Positions 40,607-52,226 of a stretch of 64,000 nucleotides of DNA are shown in pieces. Position 1 is the first letter of the stretch, and every line of letters begins with the position of its first letter. Under the pieces are notes generated by a model. It was not told the origin of the DNA, did not search any database, and worked only from the letters and a program-made list of their open reading frames with translations. The DNA is from Paraspadella gotoi (lineage: Eukaryota > Animalia > Chaetognatha). Where the stretch lies: contig CM119271.1 in NCBI GenBank assembly GCA_051294375.1, positions 1,995,401 through 2,059,400 on the forward strand, written 5' to 3'. The translations under genes were made by a program, and so were the position numbers.

Positions 40607-41569
40607 GAAAACAGTTAAAATGTCGATACAACGAAAAAACTGTAATTATCATTGTGTTTTTTTTTAATTCGAGTAGCCGAGTTTACAAGAATTTTCCAGC
40701 AATATATTTCATGATCCATCAGTCTTTCCCAAATTAGCTCAGTACGAGTATCTAATTGGATTATTGTTTATATTTCTTCATATATTGTTTTCTATAAATT
40801 GTTTATATCCTCCAAGACGAAGACAACGAACAAGAGGATTCGACGGCGAACGAAACAAAAGAACAAGTAATGGAAAAATAAACAAAACTAGTCTCTTTTC
40901 GGTCGGTCTGTCGGTCGGTTGGTCAGTTGGTACATCTGTCCGTCGGTCTATCTCACTTATGTTAAATATGCTCATAACTCGCCCATAGTCAGTTGCTCAT
41001 TTGTTAAGACAGGAAATAACCTCAAATCTGAGTGACTGCTAGCGCCTCCTTCAGGAAATCCTAAAACTATAAGGAATAAAAAACGAAATTCCAATGCAGC
41101 ATTCAATATGCAATATACGGGCTAAGTAAGTCACTTCGGCGCAACACATTGGATGAACTAATCGTGTTTATTAATATTTAGATTTTAAAAAAAAGTTACA
41201 GGTTAATTCTGGAGATTAGTGTGATGGAATAGGTTATACTTATAGTTTTGATTAAAGAATAAGGTTAGGGTTTGTTTAAGGAAAGAGATTTGAGGTTTAG
41301 GATTAAGATTATGGATTAGGTTAGGGATTAACGGTTAAGGATTAGAGATAAGGATAAAGATAGTTAAAGATATATTACTGTTAAAAATTAAAGTTTTGAG
41401 AAAACAAAGTTTAATAACAAACCACGGGGTTTTTTTTATAGATAGCGTTTGTACTTTGATGCATCTTTATTTTATTGTCGATACCTTAGGCCTTCAGCCT
41501 TAAGCCTTAAGCCTTTAGCCTTAAGCCTTAAGCCTTAAGTCTATAAGCCTTTCCCTTTTTTTTAATGCC

Positions 41570-42759
41570 ATGACCATCGACCAGAACGATACGGCGAGTC
41601 TGAGGATCCAGATTCTACTTCGTCTCCAATTGTCAAACTTGATGAATCTCGTCGGAAACGAAACGGGTGATGAAAAATTATTTGATTGTTCGATCGGTTG
41701 ACTGGTAATCATTGATGAAATCAGTTCATCAACTAAATACATGAAATCGCTACGCACCCAAACATTATTTCTATTATTTTTATTAATTAATCAATTCAGT
41801 CTTTTATTAATCTAACTATTCATTCTTTCATACCATTCGTTCTTTCATTATTGATTCCACTCATTCATTCAATTCATTCAATTCATTCAATTCATTCATT
41901 CTCTCCCATCTCCCCTCTTCCTCTTCCCCCTCTCCTTCCCTCCCGCAGAGATCCTCCTCTTCCTCTCCTCTTATTCCTCATCCTTGGATGGCCTCGTCGA
42001 CGCCCTCTCTCGACATCTCCGCGATCACTCGATGCTCTACTTCCTTTTGAGTCTCCTGGCGCCGCTGGTGCAGGCGGCGTTGGCAAAGGAGGCGATAGAG
42101 TCGCGCCGTCGGTGGGAGAAGGGCAAGGGGGAAAGTGGTGAGAGGCGGGGGGGGGTGAAATTAATTAATTAAACTTTAATCAATACTTCTAATGAATAAC
42201 ATCCTACTCATGAACGTTACTGCGTGTAAAAATTGTATTATTAATTTTATAATAAATTAATTCTACTCGATGAAATGCTGAAAATTTGAAAATGGTTTTA
42301 ATGAAATTGGTACAACCAATATAAAAAATATATCCATTCATTTAATAAATAAGCTATCTTGCCCCTGACTTTGGACAGGCTTTGGTGGTTTAAGGCCTCC
42401 ATCACTCTTACAAGATAAATAATAAATAATGTTAGATTTTATGATACATTGTAATTGTCATAAAAGGTCAAAAAAAATAAATAAAACTCTTTTTGTAAGC
42501 GTCATAGAATTGATAAAAGTCGATATATATATATATATATATCCTATGATAAACATTGAGATTTTTGTCACCGTTTTTTTTTTTTTTTTTTTTTGCCATT
42601 TAATGATTTGCGACCCTGTGAAAAAAAAACCATTTTCGACTCAATAAATAATCATAAAGCTTTAGCGATTTTTTTTTTGTCACGAATTACGTCAATTACT
42701 GATAATTTATCAGCTGTCAACCGAAGGAACGAGCGACATTGGATTAATTGATGGAATAT

Positions 42760-42798
<39 letters not shown>

Positions 42799-43084
42799 GA
42801 AGAACTAATGGGCTGCTACTTTCGGTCGTCATCTTCGTTATCATCGTCGTCGTCATCGTCGCCGATGCCGCAGGTGGGGAAATCCCTTCCCGCCCACGAG
42901 GTAGTCATTCAACGTTAAATTTTCGCTAATTTTCGAAATTGGAATATTTTAAGTTGCTCAGTCAAAACAGTCATAATAGATCAAATGTAGTAGTTTAGGA
43001 AATATCTGTAAACTGTCACTGTTTATTATGATCTCCTGAAGGACCAACACTGGCCCAGGCGTTAATAGATGTATTAATCATCAT

Positions 43085-43163
<79 letters not shown>

Positions 43164-44805
43164 CATTTCAGTCACCTCCCACCGACTTCTCCCCCGAGTC
43201 ACTCTTAAATCTCCCCAGCGACGACTCGCCCGTCGTTCACGACAACAACAACAACAGCCGCTACGACGCCGGTAAATTCGACTACGGCGCCGGGGAAGTC
43301 TTTCGCGGCGCCGGAGAGAATTTTCGCGCCGCCGACGCCGCCCGAACGACGCCGCTAGTCGCCCCTGGCCTCGCGTCCGCCGGAGACGGCTTCCTTAACG
43401 TCGAGGGCCGGCGAGTCGGCGATCATCGCTCCAGCGACTCGGAAGTCAGCGTCGGCGAATCAGAGGTCAGCGTCGGCGAATCAGAGGTCAGCGTCGGCGG
43501 ATTCGACGCCAACGTGATCCCTCTGGCGGATTACATCGAAAGCTCGTTCGGAATAGGGGGAGAAGGAGGAGGAGGAGGAAGAAGAGGAGGAGGCAGAAGG
43601 GACGTTGCTTTCGTTCATTACCTCATCTCGCGAAAAATGGTGATCAACTATAACAACAATGGTCAATTGGAAGATTTAGTGACCGAGAACGACGACGATG
43701 ATGGCGACGACGAAGACGACGACGACGCCGGGACTGAGACGATGGACGATAGCGTCACCGAAAGTGAGAATCTATAGTGTGAGAATTAAATTTTGAAAAA
43801 ACAGTTTATAATGTCGGGGGGTGCTTTATAGGATTTTATATTTTTAAATGTACTATTAAATTAGTCTTACTTAAACCAATTGCTGCAATATGTAAATGAG
43901 ATTGAAAAACTCAATCCCATTTCATATTGAATGATAAGCACATCGCTTACAATACAGACTTGATAGAAAAGCCAAGCACTGTGCCACAGTCTGTGGGAGT
44001 TAATGAACTAGACATCTGAGAGAATCTTGATTGCAAGCGTGTAGGACCTGCTATGTTGTAAGGGGGATCTTAGACCATAAATTGTGAAAATTCAGTGAAA
44101 CTTAAAGAATAGATCATTTTTTTTTGTTGTATTAGTTGGACCAATGTCATAAAATGATTTGAATTTATTCCATCGTTTACTAAGTCGAAGCGCAGAGTTT
44201 GCGCTGATTTTGAGAGAATCTTGAAGTGATTACATTTTGCATTTTATCAGACGAAGGCTTCTGCGACGGGGACGACGAAGGCGACGACGACGACGACGAC
44301 GACTATTGTAACGACGACGACAGCAATTACGACGTCAGTAACGATCGCTTTCAGTCCGATTCGTGGAGAAGTGGAAGATTTAAAAGACCGGTGTGTTAGA
44401 CGGAGTGAAAAACAAGATCGGTCCATCCAATCCGTTGCGACGCAGTAACTTTCTTTTCACATGTATTTCCCTGTGATCACGTGTTTACATGACTATGACA
44501 TTTACATATAACAAACGTATTATGGTTATTAACCCGTTTCGACTCGATATCACAAGTATGAAAAAGATGCTCAAGAAGCACTTAGTAATGTTTTACCAGT
44601 CTGCTTAGTAATAACTAAAATGATTCTGTATTTCGTGAATTATGCCCGATTGAATTTCTGGTCATTTGACCGCTATTTTAAATGCATAATAAAGATCTTA
44701 TGGTACCTTACCTTCCTACCAAATACGAACTTAACAGATGCAACATTACTGAAGTTGAAACGTAAGTGGGAGGGACCGACGGACAGACATACGGACAAAA
44801 TTACG

Positions 44806-44846
<41 letters not shown>

Positions 44847-46457
44847 AGTCTCTCTCTCTCTCTCTCTCTCTCTCAGGCTCTGAGACAAGTGGAAGAAGTA
44901 ACTGAACCTGAGACGGATCAAGAACAAGAAGAAGAACGAAGGAAAGAAAGAGAACGAGCGGAGCGGTGGGAGGAAGAACGAAAGAAACGAGAAGAACGGG
45001 AGAAAGAGAGAGAGCGAGAGAGAGAGGAAGAGAGAGAGCGAGAGAGAGAGAAGGAGAGAGAGTGGGCGGCGTCTGTTGATTCCATGGATCTTCAAACGCG
45101 GAACCGGGAATCGAATGAGGAGGAAGAGACGAACGAGATGACGATGGAAAGGGACGATGATGATGATGATGATGATGATTATTATTACGACGACAACGAA
45201 AACCACAACGAAAACGACGACGACAACGACGAAATTACGAAGGAAGTAAATTACCATCGAGAAGAAATCGAATATCAAGACGAGGAAGTTGACGCGAGAC
45301 AAGAAGACGATGTCGTTGTTAACAACGACCAATTAGAAGAGGAATACGTGGAAAGCGAAGTTAACTACGACGAGGACGACGACGACGACAACGACGACTA
45401 CATGGAGAGCGAGGATCTGATAGACGACGACGACGACGACGACGACGATGAATTTTTGGAAAGCGAGGACATCGGCGACGACGACGACGACGGCGACGGC
45501 GACGGCGAGAACGTTGGTCGTCCACAATTTGCAAATCCTCGCTCTTTCGTAGATGGCGCTCGGGAGTTTCTGCTTTCCGGTTAGTGTCACAAGTTTTAAA
45601 AGAATATTTTAAATGATATTGATACAAAAAATATCACTGCACAGGTTAAGTCCTCCATCCCTCTTCATAGATAATGTAGTGATGTGGCGGTATATTCACA
45701 CCGCCTCACGTCCAACATCGTTCAGCCAAATCCATTGGCTCAGAGGGGGAACACACCATCCCAGGCGTAGTGTTCCATCCACAGTCCTAATGACTTCCCT
45801 CTGCGTTGGCAAAGCGAGACCGTCCTAGGGTAACCGCGCCAGTGACTGGATGCGTCACTGAGGGTCGGAAGCCCCCAAAGCCAACAGTGAGATGCCCCAT
45901 CCCAATGGGCATCACAAGCAACCCGGCTGTTGCCATAATGAACGATTTGATGGGCATTCCGCTGATCAGTTTAAAACTGTGGCCTGACACTTTGCCGTAT
46001 CTCTATCCCGCCTCGGTCAGAGGGTAACATTTGGCGACTAAATAATTTTTTTCTTTTTTTTTTTTCAAGATGAAATTAACTCCGATATCAAATTGTAAGT
46101 TAGTATTGAGCAATTCGTGGTGGGATTTAAGTTTATTATTAAATTTCTCACAGGTTTTCTCAAAGTTTTCATCGCCTTAAATCCCTTTATCCTATCTTTC
46201 TCTTCCACCCCCCCTCCCTTCAANNNNNNNNNNATTAAATTTCTCACAGATTACCATTCTTTTCTCAAAGTTTTCATCGCCCTCAATTCCTTTATCCTAT
46301 CTTTCTCTTCCACCCCCCCCCCTCCCTTCAAGACGGCAGCCAAGGAGCCGTCTTCCCGGAACACTTCGTCGTCTCTCGCCGTCGTCACGTCCACGAAATA
46401 TCGAAAGGGCGGACAAGAGACGCTCGTTTGAGAGCGCGGCTCGAGAGCGCTCTCTAG
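41570..46457 (+). CDS. 7-exon gene for an acidic, low-complexity protein (~639 aa) with an ER-rich coiled coil and poly-Asp tracts
   Basis: Exons 41570-41666, 41949-42137, 42800-42873, 43172-43763, 44251-44390, 44877-45579 and 46333-46457 are all GT-AG and phase-consistent (1,1,0,1,0,1). They sum to 1920 nt and end ..RARLESAL*. The 5' end is less certain. Confidence 0.72.
45635..46045. ncRNA. Candidate structured RNA or structured TE-derived element in the last intron
   Basis: GC-balanced island with at least 9 nested helices (see finding). No family recognised. Confidence 0.4.
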
Positions 46458-47053
46458 TTTTCGAACGAGGCGGTCGCTCGCGGAGTAAGATCGGCCAGAT
46501 CGCTATTCGCTAACCGAGTGATAAAACGTCGCGATGATTAATAATAATTTGCGAGGATATCAGGATATGAATATCATTCGCAATGTCGTATTGTACAGAA
46601 ATGAATCGGTATGGAATTCTTATGAACTGAATAAAAACTGATGAAGGGAATGAATAAATTAGTTGTGATTTTATTAAAAAAATATTACGATTCAAATTGA
46701 AATTCTATGCATCGAAGACGCAATTCGATGAAGCGCGTCGTAATGGCGTTGCGAATTCCGGATGAATTATTGATTATTGCTGATGAGAGATTTGGATGGC
46801 AATGACGACGACGACGACGACGACGACGACAAGGAAATATATGGAGGAGGGGATTAGGACGAAGAGGTCGACGATTCCGACGAAATATTAGGACGAAAAT
46901 TACGACGAGGTCCAAAGCCGCAAAAGGCGAAATTAGAAGTCATCATTTAGGATTGTTCTTCCTTCGCTGCTCCTTCCACGAATCAATCCTCATCAGTGGA
47001 AATCTGGGCGTATTCTCTCTATCTCTGTCTCTCTATCTCTATCTCTATCTCTA

Positions 47054-47117
<64 letters not shown>

Positions 47118-48685
47118 TCTCTCTCAAAAATAAAGCTCTTCCCCTTAAGATCAAGTCGAACTTCTTTAAATCCCTTTCTACAAAAAAAAAAACCGATTTC
47201 CATAGAAACGAAAGATCAGTGTTATTAGATTTCGGTTAACGACCCCGGCCAGCCAAGGACTTTGTCGAATGGATCATCGATCGTTTTGATTCTGGGTGAG
47301 GTTAAACGAAAAGTTTATCTCTCTCGAAACCAGCTATCATAAGAAAGGAATTAAGGGGATCGATCGATTTTCGACTCGCCTTTATCCTTAAGATCGTATC
47401 TTTTCCTCCGATGACGTCAAGAGCGTCTCCGTTGTATCGTGCGAAGGGTAAGTTCAAAAAAACGAGGTGTATGGGTATGGAGAGAAGGAGAGAGGCAAGG
47501 GGAAGACGACGAAAACGACGACGAAAACGACGAAGAATTCAAAGAAACTCGTAAAACGATTTTGACTCTAAAAATAGATGGAATCTGGAACGAAGTTGTC
47601 GACGGAGATTGAGAACGGTAGTTTCAATGTGTTGCGCCGCAGCGACTTTATTTTCATGTGTATGATACGACTTGACATGACATGACCCTTGTATTTATGA
47701 CATGCACCGCATCGAAATTCCGTCTTTTATTCCTTTTAGTTTTAGGATTTTCTGAAAGTGGCGTTAGCTGTCACCTCGATTCCAGGTTTTTTCATGTGAG
47801 CAACCAACTAAAGGCAAATTATATATATTTTTTTAACGTAAGTGGGAAATACCGACGAACAGACATACCGACCAACAGACAGACTGACAGACCGACCGAC
47901 AGACCCGTTGTGAAAATAGCTAATAAACACGTAATGTTAAAAAATTCAATAGTTCGGTAATTATTATTTGATAAAACTTTCGTTTCTGCATTTTAATCAT
48001 ATAAATATATATATATATATATCTCTTTCTATCTCTTTCACTCTTTCTCTCTTTCTCTCTTTCTCTCTCTCTTTCTGTCTTTCTCTCTTTCTCTCTCTCT
48101 CTCACTCTATCTGTCATCTCTAAGTAGCCAGCTCGTTCTATTTTCTTGCGCTTCGACGCTTTCCCTCTCTCTCTCTCTCTCTCTCGCACGCTGAAACGTG
48201 TCTCGCGACGCGGGCGTGACGCCCGTTCGCTCATCACCTTGACGACCCGATCCGTCATTATCTTCGCGATATTTTCCTTTGCCTTATACTTTTGCCCGTA
48301 ATATTTAATTTTGCGAGGCAATATAAACCAGTCCTTTTTTTTAAATAACGGCTTAAAAACAAATGCTTAACTTTTAAGAAAGTTAAAATAAAAAACCTAA
48401 TTGTTCGAATGTATTATATTTTGGATCTTTACTTAATACTTTGCATCATTTTTGGTTACAATTTTCTGCAAGAAAGGCCGCCATTTTTAGAAACCTTTTC
48501 AATCCAACAAATTGTTTTGGGAGCCTTCGTCTATTTGCCGCGTTACGTCTAAAAATGGTTCATGGTCGTTTTAGTCGTCCTCCCAGTACTCGTTTTTTTC
48601 AACTTTTTTATCTTTTGTGTATTTTTTTTATTCTGTAGTATTGTAGTCGGGTATTGCCTAGATTCACCCCGACAACTTCAGTCGT

Positions 48686-48945
48686 GACCCGGTGGGTCTT
48701 TGAGTAAAGCCATCAGCTCATGACAACTAGGTACTGGGTTCGATCCCAACCTGGTACCTACCCTGTGGGAAGCGTAAGGACGGCCGGAAGCCGCCGAGAG
48801 GGCGAGAAAAATTCTCAAGCCTGGTTCCAAGCCCAGGACACGTTCCATGGCTGCTAGAGAGGTTAAAGAAGTTGCGGATAGCACTCTTCAGCCCCACTGT
48901 ATCATAGGAAATGCAATAATACTGTAAGCATACTGTTATATACTA
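48686..48945 (+). mobile_element. tRNA-derived SINE-like element
   Basis: B-box GGTTCGATCCC at 48737-48747, a degenerate A-box about 40 nt upstream, a GC-rich body and an AT-rich tail. No intact cloverleaf. Confidence 0.55.
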
Positions 48946-48949
48946 AAGG

Positions 48950-49053
48950 TGTAGAGAAGTTCCGTCTCTCTATGCCGCTCCAAGCAATAAAGGCCACACA
49001 GGACCAGTGGTCAATCAAACGGGTCTCATAGTCCCTCGGTTCTAAATTCAACA
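48950..49053 (+). mobile_element. Short LTR-like sequence (TGT..AATAAA..CAACA); its first 39 bp repeat at 52227-52265
   Basis: TGTAGAGAAGTTCCGTCTCTCTATGCCGCTCCAAGCAAT is identical at 48950 and 52227; the second copy is cut by a gap. Confidence 0.55.
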
Positions 49054-51249
49054 TCTAATGACTAGATAAAGGTATTGACCAAAAAACTAAAAAACACCAT
49101 GATCTGGTGAAAAACTAAAAAAGGCCATTTTCATTTCATTCTCTTCTTTGTTTCATTTTTGACGCTATGATTCCACATTTCGGCGTCCATTCGTGGCATT
49201 CCTTTTGTTCCAGTTTCTGAAGTTCCTCCTGACGGCCCCGCGCGATGTTGTTGTTCTTGAATCCACATCATGCACCGGGCTGCTGTCTTCTCTCAGAGTC
49301 GCGTCATCACTCAGATTCGTTTCTTAAAAGAAAGATTAGAGGGAAACAAAGAGCAGTCTGTTTTCTAATATTTGTTTCATTCATTCATTCATTCAACAAA
49401 TATTAAAATGTCATTCAAACATTCAAAATTCGAATATGACTCCCCTGATAATTCTTTGCCAACGCCCGCCTGGCGTTGGCTGTTGTCCGTTCTTTTGTTT
49501 AGATTCTTTGTTCTCATTTCGTGATCATACTACTCTTGAGACGTACAGCAACAATTCAATCCATCCGTCTCGTAATATTTCAATGCTCAGGTTGGTGTTA
49601 CTGTTCATTCTTTTCAGAGTGNNNNNNNNNNNNNNNNNNNNNNNNNNNNNNNNNNNNNNNNNNNNNNNNNNNNNNNNNNNNNNNNNNNNNNNNNNNNNNN
49701 NNNNNNNNNNNNNNNNNNNNNNNNNNNNNNNNNNNNNNNNNNNNNNNNNNNNNNNNNNNNNNNNNNNNNNNNNNNNNNNNNNNNNNNNNNNNNNNNNNNN
49801 NNNNNNNNNNNNNNNNNNNNNNNNNNNNNNNNNNNNNNNNNNNNNNNNNNNNNNNNNNNNNNNNNNNNNNNNNNNNNNNNNNNNNNNNNNNNNNNNNNNN
49901 NNNNNNNNNNNNNNNNNNNNNNNNNNNNNNNNNNNNNNNNNNNNNNNNNNNNNNNNNNNNNNNNNNNNNNNNNNNNNNNNNNNNNNNNNNNNNNNNNNNN
50001 NNNNNNNNNNNNNNNNNNNNNNNNNNNNNNNNNNNNNNNNNNNNNNNNNNNNNNNNNNNNNNNNNNNNNNNNNNNNNNNNNNNNNNNNNNNNNNNNNNNN
50101 NNNNNNNNNNNNNNNNNNNNNNNNNNNNNNNNNNNNNNNNNNNNNNNNNNNNNNNNNNNNNNNNNNNNNNNNGATGACCTCTTCTGTGTCCAAAGTTATT
50201 CAGATTCAATTAGGAATCCAATCAACGATATTGATGAAAATCCAATCAATGTCATTGCTCAAGAATGAAGGAATGTTTCAATGTTTCATATTCAAAGGGT
50301 TTGAAGGGATCAAATTCATAAGAACCATCAAGGTTTTCATCACAGAAGGTATCAAATAATCTCATGCCATGGCATTGAAAGATAAATGTCGTAAACATGT
50401 AAATTTCAATATGAAGCTGTAAACAGCCACCAAAATATTTGTTTAAAATATGAATTATTCTTATTTATTGTTTATATTTAATTATACTAATTATGGATAC
50501 TTAGAAGCACCTATCTACCGGCCGAATAGATAAGCGTTTCATAAATAAAATAGATATTTAATGAAATAGAAATTACAACTAAATTATAATTAATCATTCA
50601 TTAATCATCACCTTCATTAGTCATCACATTCATTAATCATCACATTTAAGCGGCCACGTCCAAAAATTGAACCTTGTACCGCTGTCATTCATACGGCTGC
50701 ATCCAAAAATTGATTGCATCGCCGTAGCAAGGGTTGAAGTATTCATTTGACTACGGTCGCCTGCAGAATTCGGCTGCGTTGCCGCGTGGTCGCCTCCTGA
50801 AATAGGCTGCGGTGCCGGGCGGTCGCCTCCTGAATTTGCCTGCGTCGCCGTAGTTGGAATTTTTGGCTGCGTTGGCGTCGATTCCATGCCTCCTCTAAGA
50901 GATTGCAGAAAGAATCAACGCTCGCCTCCTGCTCCGGGATCAAGCCTCTTAAACGAGTGATGAGCCAATATTTGAGTTTCTTCTTAAAATAAATTCTTTT
51001 GGTTTCAATAGTCTAGTTTTTCCTTTAACTTTTATGAAATCTTCTTAATGGTATGGTTCTGGTTCCTAGTTGACAATGCATTCCCTAGTATGGATGGCAA
51101 TGTCCTAACAAATTTCTCTTGTTTAGTGGAATTGACTTGACATGTGAAGCCTGTCCATCAAAAATTCTTATTCTTTCAATTTTGTGCTTAATTGGACATC
51201 ACCCAGTTAAGAAGGCTCATCAAAGGTCAAAACACACATCACATAAAAA

Positions 51250-52226
51250 CTATGATCTCGTCCCTATTGGAACTCGTATCATAGTACTATTTCCTCTATC
51301 CCCCTTCCTATCACACTCTATAGCCCCCAACTTGATTGGCACTTCTTCTGTTTTCTTGTTCTCTTGTTTGTTCTTAAATACATCATGAAGAATGGTATGA
51401 TGTTCTTGTCCGCATGCTTTGCATATTTCTTGTGAATGACAATCTTTTGCAAGATGCCCTTTTCTGACACATTTAAAACACAATCCTTCCTTGTATGCAA
51501 CATTTGCTCTTGATTTGGAATCAATTTTCTTGAAAGCTATGCAACTCTCTATATAATGTTTTTCTTTGCAATGATAGCAACCATGCTTTTTCTTACCCAT
51601 ACCTGATTTTTCAGTTTCAATTTGATTGTTCTTTTTCTTTTTCGGTGGAGACGAAGTGCCAATGAAATTCGGGGTTTCAACATTCACAACTGTACCCCCA
51701 CCACTTAAGGGTTTCTTGGGCGATGAAGTAGCAATAGGTATTGGTGGTTGAGATGTTATTTCATCGCCCCCACCACTTAAGGATGGTGTAGAGAGAAGAG
51801 TCGAATTTTTCTTTCTTTCATTTTCAAGTTCTTCTTTTGTAGAATCGAGTTCTTCTCTGAGTTGCTTAATTTCAGTTTCATACTTTTCTTTTATTTCATT
51901 TAAAGCCTCAGAGACAGCTCTTTTGATCACTACATCATTTATCCTGGTTTCCTTTAATTGGCAAACTTCAGTCTTCAGTTCATCAAAACTCGATTTCCAA
52001 GCATCATTCATCTGCTCTAATCTTTCAAAGAATAGAGCTGACTGAATTGTCACAGAGGAGTTTGGACAAGGGGAAATAGTAGAAGCCAAATCACTTTTCT
52101 CATTCTTTCCTAACACACATTCCCGTTCTTTTCTTCTGGAGCTTGGTCCCTCCAGAATAGACTGGGCCTCACCAATGGTCCCTTCCAGAAGAATGGTGTC
52201 ATCTGGGAAGAGAGTTTGTGCTGTAC
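51250..52226 (-). mobile_element. gag: BEL/Pao LTR-retrotransposon gag remnant
   Basis: Coiled coil followed by triple zinc knuckle CYHCKEKHYIESC..CFKCVRKGHLAKDC..CKACGQEHHTILH, typical of BEL/Pao Gag. No intact pol. Confidence 0.85.

Larger units (their letters stand above)
31853..42260. repeat. Copy C (inverted), including an internal ~0.9-kb direct duplication (~32628-33545 vs ~33585-34400)
   Basis: Fold-back junction at 31810-31852. Jump-back junction TGTACTGA|AAGAGAGG at ~33546. Confidence 0.9.

Noticed and set aside
44673-45627. Hydrophobic V/I-rich minus-strand ORFs resembling membrane proteins
   Set aside because: Antisense reading of GAC/GAT Asp codons of the plus-strand exon.
45980-46045. 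HDV-like or hammerhead ribozyme
   Set aside because: P3/L3 geometry and the P2 pairing do not fit HDV, and no CUGANGA..GAAA core was found on either strand.
46130-46330. Tandem duplicate of an acceptor region
   Set aside because: The two copies straddle a 10-N gap, typical of unmerged contig overlap.
48686-48760. tRNA gene
   Set aside because: A B-box is present but the acceptor and anticodon stems do not form; treated as a SINE head.
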